A stretch of DNA of 64,000 bases from an uncultured Myxococcales bacterium (GTDB lineage Bacteria > Myxococcota_A > UBA9042 > PWKZ01 > CAYRCM01): positions 1,894-65,893 of the forward strand of contig CAYRCM010000008.1 in the NCBI GenBank assembly GCA_964422715.1, in the 5' to 3' direction. This document shows positions 19,882 to 28,520 of the stretch, piece after piece. Numbering within the stretch: position 1 is the stretch's first letter; every line of letters begins with the position of its first letter. The notes below the pieces were generated by a model that did not search any database, was not told the origin of the DNA, and saw only the letters and a program-made list of their open reading frames with translations. The translations under genes were made by a program, and so were the position numbers.

Positions 19882-19908
19882 GGAATAAAGCCCCGTGCCT
19901 GGGGTGTT
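19882..19908 (+). promoter_or_regulatory. Candidate ECF (SigR/SigH-type) autoregulatory promoter
   Basis: GGAAT(19882-86)-N19-GTT(19906-08), 41 bp upstream of the sigma start. SigR/SigH consensus is GGAAY-N18(19)-GTT. Confidence 0.45.
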
Positions 19909-19948
19909 TGGCGGAGCGATTCGTTGGGCCACCGGATGAGGAGCGGCC

Positions 19949-20653
19949 ATGCCATTGCGTCGATCCCGGTCACAACCGGACAGTGTTTTCGAGCAGGAAG
20001 CGCTCGTGCACCTCGGGGCGCTCCACCGCTACGCCGTGCAGCTGTGTCGCGATCCGAGCGAAGCCGAAGACCTCGTTCAGGAAACGCTGCTCAAGGCGTT
20101 TCGCTACTTCGACCGCTACGAGCCGGGCACACGCTGCAAGGCCTGGCTGTTTCGCATCCTGACCAACACGTTCCTGAACAGCCGGCGGGCCCGCGTGCGC
20201 CAGTTCCCGTTGCTCGACAACGTCGATGCAGCCGAACCCGACGCAAGCGAGCTGATCGCGTGGTCCGAGTTCTACGCCGACCCCGAGCGGCGCGCCACGA
20301 GCCGCTCGCTGCGCGACGTGGTCGACGCGGCGCTCGAGGAGTTGCCCGAAGACTTCCGCACGGTCGTGCTGCTCGCCGACCTCGAAGGCTTCGCCTACAA
20401 GGAAATCGCCGACATCATGGAATGCCCGGTCGGCACCGTCATGTCGCGCCTGCACCGGGCGCGCAAAGCGCTCCAGCAGCGCCTCGGCCGCGTTGCCCGC
20501 GCCGAGGGCTGGCTGCCGCGCTCGGCGGCTCCCGCCGACCCCGCGGGCGACGGCTCGGCCGCCGCCGGCCCGGCCTCCCTTGTGGCGTTTCGCGCACAAC
20601 GCCAGGGTGCCCCGCGGCACGCCAACCTGACGAAACGGGATGACGAACGATGA
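19949..20653 (+). CDS. ECF RNA polymerase sigma factor (SigR/SigH, ECF12-like)
   Basis: FEQEAL.HL..L, AEDLVQETLLKA, KAWLFRILTN, region 4 LADLEGFAYKEIADIMECPVGTVMSRLHRAR. GAGGAG RBS. Confidence 0.92.
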   Translation: MPLRRSRSQPDSVFEQEALVHLGALHRYAVQLCRDPSEAEDLVQETLLKAFRYFDRYEPGTRCKAWLFRILTNTFLNSRRARVRQFPLLDNVDAAEPDASELIAWSEFYADPERRATSRSLRDVVDAALEELPEDFRTVVLLADLEGFAYKEIADIMECPVGTVMSRLHRARKALQQRLGRVARAEGWLPRSAAPADPAGDGSAAAGPASLVAFRAQRQGAPRHANLTKRDDER

Positions 20654-21450
20654 GTTGCCAGGACGTACAGAAATTCGTCTACGTGTACCTCGACGGCGAA
20701 TTCGATGCCCGCGAACAGGCCGAATGGGACGCCCATCTGGCCCAGTGCCCGGCCTGCGCGCGGCTCGTCGCGGCCGAGCGCGCCTTCCGCACGCTGCTGC
20801 AGGCCTCGCTGCGCGAGCGCCCGGTGCGCGCCCCGGCCTCGCTCGTGCAGGCCGTGCGGGCGCGGCTCGACGAAGCCGCCGGCGGCGCGCGGCAGCGCAC
20901 ACGCCGGATCTTCGTGTGGGGGCCGGCGCTGGCCGCGGCGGCGGCGCTGACCGTGTTCGTGGCCGTGCGCGCCGCGGGTCCGCGCGCCCCAGACTTCGCC
21001 CCGCCCGAGCTCCGGGCCGACACCGTGGCCCCGCTCGTCGACGGCGCGGCCGAAGTGCATCATCGCGGGCTGCCGGCCGAGGTCGAAGGCCCCGAGACGG
21101 TGCTCGCCTCGAACCTCGGGGCCAAGGTGCCGTTCCGCCCCGTGCCGCCCCTGCCGGCCTCGACGGGCGCGCGGCTGCTCGGCGCCCGCGTGGTCCGGGT
21201 CGACGGCCAACCGGGCATCCAGTTCCTCTACGAGTACCACGGCCGGCGCGTGTCGGTGGTGCAATTGGCCCCCGCGCCGAGCGGGCCCGGCAGCCCGCAA
21301 CTCGCCGGCGCCCCCGTCACGCCGCGGCTCACCGAGTCGCGCGGCTACAACGTGGCGCTGTTCTCCGATCACGGCCTCACGAATTCGGTGGTGTCCGACA
21401 TCGACCAGACCGAACTGCTGCGCATCCTGCCCGCCACCTACCGCCGCTGA
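20650..21450 (+). CDS. Membrane-anchored anti-sigma factor with zinc-binding ZAS (zf-HC2) domain
   Basis: ATGA overlap with the sigma gene. MSCQDV..YLDGE...HLAQCPAC (HxxxCxxC), TM (WGPALAAAAALTVFVAV), then an extracytoplasmic domain. Confidence 0.88.
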   Translation: MSCQDVQKFVYVYLDGEFDAREQAEWDAHLAQCPACARLVAAERAFRTLLQASLRERPVRAPASLVQAVRARLDEAAGGARQRTRRIFVWGPALAAAAALTVFVAVRAAGPRAPDFAPPELRADTVAPLVDGAAEVHHRGLPAEVEGPETVLASNLGAKVPFRPVPPLPASTGARLLGARVVRVDGQPGIQFLYEYHGRRVSVVQLAPAPSGPGSPQLAGAPVTPRLTESRGYNVALFSDHGLTNSVVSDIDQTELLRILPATYRR

Positions 21451-21466
21451 ACGCGCGACCCTCCCA

Positions 21467-22996
21467 TCACGGCGCGGCGCCGATACGCGGCTCGACGACG
21501 AGCGGTGCCGTCGTGAGCGGCACTTCGGCAAAGCCGGCCACGACGTTGACGTCGCCCGTAACGCTCGGGATGCCGGCCCCGTCGGTGACGTAGCTCTCGT
21601 AGTGCGCTCGGCTGGCGTCGCCGACCGGCAGGAAGGCGCTGATGGGGGCCGTACCGGTCGTCCAGGCGACCACGCGGCGCAGGCCGCTGTGCCGGTCGCT
21701 GAACGCGTAGGCGCGCACTTCGGCCGGCAGTTCGGCCACGGGCCCGAGCCAGCGCGCGTGGCGCTCGTCGGTCGTCTGGACGAGCCGCTGCAGGGCGTAG
21801 AACGCCGCGCGCGGCGTGCCGAGCCGCGCGGGATCGGCCCCCGGGCCGGCCCCGTCGTCGATGAGCCCGACGCCGTTCATGGGGCTCTGCGGGTCGCCGC
21901 CGTAGTTGTACCAGTCGACGAGCCCGGCCCAGAGCACGCGGGTGGCCCCGGCGGCGCGGGCCCCGACAAGGCTGCGCACGAGCCAAGCGGCCTGGTCGGC
22001 CTCGGCCCGGACGGCGAGATCGGGACGCGGCTGGCCGGCGTAGGTGGACTGGACCAGCGAATAGAGCGCGGCGGACGAATAGCCATTGCGATCGAGCAGT
22101 TCACGAATGGCAGGGCCCTCGGGCAGGCCCTCGGCGGCGCCGGCGGCGCCGTAATCGGTGACGTGCACGTCGACGGCGTCGAAGGCCCCCTGGTCCTGCA
22201 ACGCGGCCACGACGGCGGACAGGTGGCTGCCCAGGTGGCCGAGCACGACGCGCCCCTGCGGGTCGGCGGCGCGGACAGCGCCCGCGAAAACCGCGACGAG
22301 CTCGGCATAGCGCTGCGGGCTCAACCGGTTCTGGGCGATGGCGTCGGCGGGGGCCTCCATGCACTGCCAGTAGCGCACGCGCACCTCGGGGGCGAGGTCG
22401 TCTTGGCCGTCGCCGTCGTAACGTTCGACCGCGGCGCGCGTGAACGCAGCAAAGCCCTCTTCGAAGCCGTCCGGAAAGACGGGACCCTCGGTGCCGTAGC
22501 GACTCGGGTCGACGATCAGGATGGCGTTGACGGTTTTCTCGGGCGCTGCGCGGAAGACGGCCTGGAGCGTCACGTCGGGGCCGGCGGCCTCGGCAAACGA
22601 TACGGCCGATGTCAGCGTGGGCTGCAGCCGCCCCCAGACGAGCAGGTTGCGCAGCGCCGTCCAGTGCACGTCGAGGGCCACGGCCTGGGTGTCGAGCCAG
22701 GCGCCGAAGGTCTCGTCGGTCAGGCCCAGCTGCTGGCGGAAGTAGGCGAATTCCTGCCCGTAGAGTTGGAACAGCCCGTAGCTCGCCTCTTCTTCGGGCA
22801 GGGGCGGCGGGGTCTCGGGCCCCGCATCGACCGTGTCCGGACCGGTGTCGGGCGGGCCGAGGTCGGGCGCCCCGAGGTCGGGGCCCGTGTCGGGCGCGGC
22901 GGCGTCGGGTGCGCCGGCAGCGCCGCCGCCGCACGCCGTGAGCGAGAGGAGAGCGACTGCGAGCACCGGGACCGCCGTTGCCATCGTCCAGCGCAT
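21467..22996 (-). CDS. Lipoprotein with glycoside-hydrolase clan A (GH39/GH5-like) fold, possibly inactive
   Basis: GGAGG RBS; lipobox LTA-C; PDxG linker; VERYDGDG..D, VRYWQ, VRAADPQGRVVLG, FDAVDVH, GLIDDG...TPRAAFYAL resemble GH39-like barrels. Confidence 0.65.
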   Translation of the reverse strand: MRWTMATAVPVLAVALLSLTACGGGAAGAPDAAAPDTGPDLGAPDLGPPDTGPDTVDAGPETPPPLPEEEASYGLFQLYGQEFAYFRQQLGLTDETFGAWLDTQAVALDVHWTALRNLLVWGRLQPTLTSAVSFAEAAGPDVTLQAVFRAAPEKTVNAILIVDPSRYGTEGPVFPDGFEEGFAAFTRAAVERYDGDGQDDLAPEVRVRYWQCMEAPADAIAQNRLSPQRYAELVAVFAGAVRAADPQGRVVLGHLGSHLSAVVAALQDQGAFDAVDVHVTDYGAAGAAEGLPEGPAIRELLDRNGYSSAALYSLVQSTYAGQPRPDLAVRAEADQAAWLVRSLVGARAAGATRVLWAGLVDWYNYGGDPQSPMNGVGLIDDGAGPGADPARLGTPRAAFYALQRLVQTTDERHARWLGPVAELPAEVRAYAFSDRHSGLRRVVAWTTGTAPISAFLPVGDASRAHYESYVTDGAGIPSVTGDVNVVAGFAEVPLTTAPLVVEPRIGAAP

Positions 22997-23062
22997 GGAA
23001 ACCTCCCTGGGGCACGAAAGGCGCGAGAAGCGTAGCAGCCGGTCGGCCGTCGTCGCAAGGGC

Positions 23063-24034
23063 TCAGGGGACGGCGGGAGGCGCGGCGGGGCCCTCGGCCC
23101 GGCGCGCACGCCAGACGAGCAGCGCGCCGGTCGCGAGCACGATGGGCAGCCCAATCAGCTGCGACGTCGAGAGGACATCGCCAAACCAGAGGCCGCGCGC
23201 GTCGTCGCGCCAGAACTCGACGACGAAGCGCAGCAGCGCGTAGGCCAGCAGCATGCCGAGGAAGAGTTGCCCCGCGGGCCGCGGGCGGCGGCGCAGGAAC
23301 AGCCACAGGCACAGTCCGAAGATGAGCGCCGCGCCGGCCGCCTCGTAGAGCTGCGCCGGGTGCACGGGCAACGAACCCGCGGCGTGCGGCGACAGCAGGC
23401 CGAGCTCGACGTGGTGCTTGAAGGCCGGGCTGTCGAGCGGAAAGCGCAAGGCCCACGGCAAGCGGGTGGGCGCGCCGAAGCAGCACCCGGACAGCACGCA
23501 GCCGATGCGGCCGAACGTGAGCCCCAGCGGCACGCCGACGGCACAGAGATCGGCGAGCGCCCAAAACGAGAAGCGCCGCCAGCGGGCGAGCAGCAGCACG
23601 GCCGGCAAGGCCAGGATGGGTCCGCCGTAGTACGCCAGCCCGCCCTGCCACAGTTTGAACACGCGCAAACAGTCGGCCGCCGGGTAGCACAGCCCCGAGG
23701 CGGCGTCGCAGCGCGCGCCGGCCTTGCCGATGATGCACTGCGCGGCTTCGCGGCACGGCAGCCCGTAGGAGAGCGCGCGGCCCGGCAGCCGCTCCGGCTC
23801 GGTGCACAGATGCACGTAGTCCCAGAAGCCGCCGTCGGCGAGCACGTGCAGCAGCCGGGCGCCCAGGACGCCGAAGACGATCAGGACGAGGGCGGCGTCG
23901 AGGAAGTGGCGCTGGTCGAAGCCCGTACGCCCGGCGAGCCACCAGCCGAGCAGCACGGCCGCCATGAGCCCGAGGGTCAGCAGCGTGAAGTAGGCCGGCA
24001 GCTGCACGATGCCGAGGTCGATGACCGGCGCCAT
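23063..24034 (-). CDS. lgt: Prolipoprotein diacylglyceryl transferase with a 6-Cys insertion
   Basis: GARLLHV, WQGGLAYYGG, GRIGC..SGCCFG, HPAQLYE, YALLRFVVEFWR, STSQLI. Confidence 0.92.
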   Translation of the reverse strand: MAPVIDLGIVQLPAYFTLLTLGLMAAVLLGWWLAGRTGFDQRHFLDAALVLIVFGVLGARLLHVLADGGFWDYVHLCTEPERLPGRALSYGLPCREAAQCIIGKAGARCDAASGLCYPAADCLRVFKLWQGGLAYYGGPILALPAVLLLARWRRFSFWALADLCAVGVPLGLTFGRIGCVLSGCCFGAPTRLPWALRFPLDSPAFKHHVELGLLSPHAAGSLPVHPAQLYEAAGAALIFGLCLWLFLRRRPRPAGQLFLGMLLAYALLRFVVEFWRDDARGLWFGDVLSTSQLIGLPIVLATGALLVWRARRAEGPAAPPAVP

Positions 24035-24035
24035 G

Positions 24036-25070
24036 CTAGGAGGCGCGCTCCACGGACTTGCGCGCGTTGAAGGGGCTGGACTTGACGAAGAGCATCTCGG
24101 CGAGCAGCGCCACGACCCCGAGCGTGATGGCGATGTCGGCGACGTTGTACGTCGGCCAGTGACGGGTCCCGATGTACATGTCGATGTAGTCGATGACCAC
24201 GTGATAGAGCAGCCGGTCGACGAGGTTGCCCATGGCGCCGCCCAGGATGGCGGCAAACGCGATCATCGCCGAGCGGTGCCCGGGTTTGAGGCGCGCGTAG
24301 ATGACGAGGATGACGACGGCCGCAAGCGCCGAGATGAGCGTGAGGATGATGTGGCGGATGGACTCGGGCGCCGTGTTGAGGAACCCCCAAGCCGCACCCG
24401 GGTTTTCGGCGTAGATGAAGCGCAGGAAGCCCGGGATGAGCGTGACCGTGCGGTGCTGCAGCACGAAGAGGTCACCCGGGCGCACCGGCGCGGCGAGGTC
24501 GACGCCGAGCGTGGGCGCGCGGAGCGGGTAGGTGTAGCGCGCGGCCACCTCGACGGCGTCGTCCGGGTCGAGGGCGGGCACCCGTTCGCTCAGGAATTGC
24601 GCGAGCGACTTGCCTTTGTAGTGTTCGAGGACCCGGCTGCGGCGTTCGGCGGCCGACCAGTCGGGCCGGAGGTAGCTGAGCCAACGGTCGACGACGAGCG
24701 GTGTTTCGCGGTGCACGACGCGCGGCGCCAACGTCAGGTCCCGGCGGTGAAACGTGACGTACGCGAAAGCGGAACCGGGGGCAAACGCATCGGCGAACGC
24801 CGGGGCGGCCGGGTCGAGCCCCGGCGGCTCGCGCAGTTGCAGCAGGTTGTCCTTGAGCGCCGCATCGGTCGCGTCGTCGCCCGTGAGCCCGAAGCGCGCG
24901 ATGACCACGTCGCGCAACGGCCGGCCGGCTTCTTCGGGGGTGACGACGAGCGGCTGCGGGTGCTCGGGATTGGCGAGCACGCGGTCGGCCCACACCTTGC
25001 TCAGGAGGTCGGCCGCGACCACCAAGGCCACGGCGGCCACGAGAAACCAGTAGCGGCCAAAGCGCTTCAT
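24036..25070 (-). CDS. lspA: Signal peptidase II with a ~175-aa insertion (344 aa)
   Basis: ATGA overlap with ileS stop; DLLSK in TM1, ENPGAAWG, GAMGNLVDR, VIDYI, YNVAD (both catalytic Asp present). Confidence 0.9.
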   Translation of the reverse strand: MKRFGRYWFLVAAVALVVAADLLSKVWADRVLANPEHPQPLVVTPEEAGRPLRDVVIARFGLTGDDATDAALKDNLLQLREPPGLDPAAPAFADAFAPGSAFAYVTFHRRDLTLAPRVVHRETPLVVDRWLSYLRPDWSAAERRSRVLEHYKGKSLAQFLSERVPALDPDDAVEVAARYTYPLRAPTLGVDLAAPVRPGDLFVLQHRTVTLIPGFLRFIYAENPGAAWGFLNTAPESIRHIILTLISALAAVVILVIYARLKPGHRSAMIAFAAILGGAMGNLVDRLLYHVVIDYIDMYIGTRHWPTYNVADIAITLGVVALLAEMLFVKSSPFNARKSVERAS

Positions 25071-28000
25071 GCGTCCTCCGCGGGCGGTGCCATTTTGGCG
25101 ATGTGCACGGCAATGGCCTCTTTCTGGATGTCGAGCACGGTGAATCCCTCGGCGGCCTCGACCGGCCGGGCCTCGACGGCCAGCAACTCGGCCTGCACGT
25201 AGTCGCGGTGTTCGGCGAGCGCGCCGAGCAGCGTGTCGGAGGCCGTGTGATAGGCGAGCCGGATGCGGTCTTCCACTTCGAGGCCCTGGTCCTTGCGCAG
25301 CATCTGCACGCGCCGCACGAAGTCGCGCACGAGCCCTTCGCGGCGGAGCTCGTTGGTGAGCGTCGTGCGCACGGCGACGCGGCTGCCTGCGTCTTCGGCA
25401 ATGGCGAGGTCGCCCTCGGCCTGCCACGCGATGGCGACGTCGTCCGGCAGAATCTCGACCGGCGTGCCGTCGACGGTGAGCGTCGCGAGCCCGTCTTTGG
25501 CGAGCCGGGCGCGCAGCGACTCCGGGTCGGCGGCCTTGATGGCCGCGGCAACCGCCTGAACGTTCTTTGCAAAACGCGGGCCAAGGCGTTTGAAGTCGGG
25601 CTTGACCGACCAGGTGACGGGCAGCGTTTCGCCGGGTTTCAGCACGGTGACGCGCTTGACGTTGAGTTCGTCCATGAGCAGCGTGGCGAAGCGCTCGGCG
25701 GCGCGGGCCTCGGCGGCGTCGGCCGGTTGCACGAGCAGTTCGGCGAGCGGCTGGCGCACGCGCAGCCCGGCCTGGTTGCGGGCCGCGAGCCCCGCCGAGG
25801 TGAGGCGGATGGCCACCGCCATGTCGTTCATGAGCGCCTCGTCGACGAGGCCGGCCTCGAACGTTGGGAAGTCGCAGTGGTGCACGCTCTCGGGGGCCGT
25901 GCGGTCGTGGGCGCGCACGAGGTTCTGGTAGATGGCCTCGGTCACGTGCGGCACCATGGGCGCCAGCACCTGGACGAGCCCGACCAGGCATTCGTAGAGC
26001 GTCTCGTACGCCTGCACGCTGTCCTGCGATTCGCGACCGCGCCAGAACCGGCGACGGCTGCGCCGCACGTACCAGTTGCTCAGGTCGTCGATGAAGCGTT
26101 CGGCGGCGCGCCCGACCGCCCGGCAGTCGTAGCCGCCGAAGCCCTCGTGGGCCGTGCGGATGAGCTGCTGCAAGTGGCTGAGCGCCCAACGGTCGATGTC
26201 GGGCCGGCTGCCGGCCGGGCTGCGCTCGGCGGCGGGCACGTAGCCGTCGACGCGCGCATAGTTGACGAAGAAGGCGTAGGTATTCCAGAGCGTGTTGATG
26301 ACCTTGCCGCGCACCTCACGGCCGGCCGCGTAGCCGAAGTTGAGGTTGGCCGTGGGGTCCTGGCCGCAATAGATCCAGCGCATGACGTCGGCGCCCATCT
26401 GTTCGACCGCGTCGTCGAACCAGATGGCGTTGCCGAGGCTCTTGTGCATCTCGCGGCCCTGCTCGTCGCGGACGAGCGCGTGGCCGAGCAGCGTGCGGAA
26501 CGGCGCGCGGCCCTCGATCATGGTGCTCATGGCAAGCAGGGCGTAGAACCAGTTGCGGAACTGCCCGGGGAAGCATTCGAGCACGAGATCGGCCGGAAAC
26601 CACTGCTCCCAGTACGCGCGGTCTTCGTGGTAGCCCATGGTCGAGTAGGGCACGATGCCGGCGTCGAGCCAGGGGTTGCCGACGTCTTCGACGCGCCGCA
26701 TGCGGCCGCCGCATTGGGGACAGGCGAGTTCGACGGCGTCGATCCAGGGGCGGTGCGGCGTGTGCCCGGCGAGCGCATCGAGCCCGGCGACGGCGCGGCT
26801 GTCGAGTTCGGCGCGGCTGCCGATGACGTCGAAATGGCCGCAGCCGGACGTACGGCACACCCAGATGGGCAGGGCCAGCCCCCAGTAGCGCTTCTTCGAG
26901 ATCATCCAGTCGCGCATGTTGCGCAGCCAGTCGAGTTCGAGTTCCTTGCCAAACGCCGGAATCCAGCGGATGTGCTCGACGACGTCCATGATTTCCTGTT
27001 TCCAGGGGGCCATGGCGATGAACCACTCGTCGACGAGCCGGAACAGCAGTTCGGAGCCGCAGCGCCAGCAGTGCGGGTAGCTGTGCGGGTAGCGCTCGAC
27101 GTGCACGAGCAGGGCCTTCTTTTCGAGCGCCGCGAGGATGCGGTCGGTGGTCTCGTGCGACTGCGCGTGCTGCGCCACGAGCCAGTCGAAGCCCGCCACG
27201 TAGTGGCCTTCCTCGTCGAGCGGGGCGATGGCGACGAGCCCGTGTTCGCGGCCGAGTTCGTAGTCCTCTTTGCCGCAGCCGGGGGCGATGTGCACGATGC
27301 CGGTGCCTTCGCTGTCGGACACGAGCGCCCAGGGGATGACGCGGTGGCAGGTGGTGCCCTGACGGTCTTTGAGCGTGGCGTCGTACGGCACGCCGCCCGG
27401 CGTCTGCTGGGCCGGCAGATCGTCGAACGGGCCGTCGTACGTCCAGCCCACGAGCTCAGAGCCGAGCACCGTCCCGAGCACTTCGAAGCCCCCGCGGCTT
27501 TTCAGGAATTCGGCGGGACTCTGGAGCGGCGGCACGCCTTCGACCCAGCCACCGCCGGCCACGCCGGCGCGGAAGTCGGCGTCTTTGCGCCGCAGTTCGA
27601 GGGTGCCGGCGGCCAGGTAGTAGACGTCGCCGCCGGCCCGCACGCGGGCGTACACGAGGTCGGGGTGGACGGCCGCGGCCACGTTGGACGTGAACGTCCA
27701 CGGCGTGGTGGTCCACACGAGCAGGAACTCGCGGTCCCGGCCGCGCAGCGGGAAGCGCAGGAAAACGGCCCGATGCGCGGTGAGCTTGTAGCCCTCGTGC
27801 ATCTCCATCTGGGAAAGCCCGACGCCGCAGCGCGCGCACCACGGCATGACGTCGGTGCCGCGGTAGACGAGCCCGCGCTCGTGGCATTTCTTCAGGAAAT
27901 TCCAGATGGCGTAGTTGTTGCCGGGCGACATCGTGTAGTACGAGTCGCTCCAGTCCATCCAGTAGCCAAGCCGCTCCGACTGCTTCGTCTGCACGGCCGA

Positions 28001-28381
28001 GAAGCGCCGCACGCGCTCCATGCACTTCTCGACGAAGGCGCCGATGCCGTAGGCGTCGATGTCGCGCTTGCTGCGGAAGCCGAGTTCCTTCTCGACTTCG
28101 ACTTCGACCCACAGGCCCTGGCAGTCGAAGCCGTTCTGGTAGCGCAACGCATGGCCGGTCATGGCCTGGTAGCGCTGGTAGACGTCCTTGAGCGTGCGGC
28201 CCCAGGCGTGGTGCACGCCCATGGGGTTGTTGGCCGTGATGGGGCCGTCGAGAAACGAGTAGCGCGGCCCGCCGGCGCGCAACGCCCGCAGTTTGTCGAA
28301 GGCCTTCGTTTCGGTCCAGAACGCCTGGATGTCGTGTTCCAGGTGAACGATGTCGAACCACGGATCGACCTTGTGGTACAT
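25067..28381 (-). CDS. ileS: Isoleucine--tRNA ligase, type 2, with non-canonical GVHH and EMHKS motifs
   Basis: DGPITANNPMGVHH, GFDCQGL, editing VWTTTPWT and GTGIVHIAP, HSYPHCWR, DWMISKKRYWG, DLSNWYVRRSR, type-2 C-terminal EGLVRDFVRRVQMLRK; precedes lspA. Confidence 0.95.
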   Translation of the reverse strand: MYHKVDPWFDIVHLEHDIQAFWTETKAFDKLRALRAGGPRYSFLDGPITANNPMGVHHAWGRTLKDVYQRYQAMTGHALRYQNGFDCQGLWVEVEVEKELGFRSKRDIDAYGIGAFVEKCMERVRRFSAVQTKQSERLGYWMDWSDSYYTMSPGNNYAIWNFLKKCHERGLVYRGTDVMPWCARCGVGLSQMEMHEGYKLTAHRAVFLRFPLRGRDREFLLVWTTTPWTFTSNVAAAVHPDLVYARVRAGGDVYYLAAGTLELRRKDADFRAGVAGGGWVEGVPPLQSPAEFLKSRGGFEVLGTVLGSELVGWTYDGPFDDLPAQQTPGGVPYDATLKDRQGTTCHRVIPWALVSDSEGTGIVHIAPGCGKEDYELGREHGLVAIAPLDEEGHYVAGFDWLVAQHAQSHETTDRILAALEKKALLVHVERYPHSYPHCWRCGSELLFRLVDEWFIAMAPWKQEIMDVVEHIRWIPAFGKELELDWLRNMRDWMISKKRYWGLALPIWVCRTSGCGHFDVIGSRAELDSRAVAGLDALAGHTPHRPWIDAVELACPQCGGRMRRVEDVGNPWLDAGIVPYSTMGYHEDRAYWEQWFPADLVLECFPGQFRNWFYALLAMSTMIEGRAPFRTLLGHALVRDEQGREMHKSLGNAIWFDDAVEQMGADVMRWIYCGQDPTANLNFGYAAGREVRGKVINTLWNTYAFFVNYARVDGYVPAAERSPAGSRPDIDRWALSHLQQLIRTAHEGFGGYDCRAVGRAAERFIDDLSNWYVRRSRRRFWRGRESQDSVQAYETLYECLVGLVQVLAPMVPHVTEAIYQNLVRAHDRTAPESVHHCDFPTFEAGLVDEALMNDMAVAIRLTSAGLAARNQAGLRVRQPLAELLVQPADAAEARAAERFATLLMDELNVKRVTVLKPGETLPVTWSVKPDFKRLGPRFAKNVQAVAAAIKAADPESLRARLAKDGLATLTVDGTPVEILPDDVAIAWQAEGDLAIAEDAGSRVAVRTTLTNELRREGLVRDFVRRVQMLRKDQGLEVEDRIRLAYHTASDTLLGALAEHRDYVQAELLAVEARPVEAAEGFTVLDIQKEAIAVHIAKMAPPAEDA

Positions 28382-28491
28382 CGGTGCCTCTCGCCATGGG
28401 TCGTGGGCGCCCGGCCCACCGCGCGGGCGACGCCAGCCCGCCGCGGTTGCCGCCCGCCCCCCGCGGGAACGGCGGCGCGGCGTGGGTGCCT

Positions 28492-28520
28492 CTTAAATGT
28501 CGAATGCCCGCGAATGTCAA
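28492..28520 (-). promoter_or_regulatory. Candidate sigma70 promoter of the ileS-lspA-lgt operon
   Basis: Minus-strand TTGACA (28520-28515) followed 17 nt later by AT-rich TTTAAG; weak -10. Confidence 0.4.

Noticed and set aside
24036-25070. Long lspA as a frameshift artefact or fusion of two genes
   Set aside because: One continuous frame has the TM1 motif before and the catalytic motifs after the insertion, with proper RBS and ATGA coupling. Treated as a real insertion pending read check.
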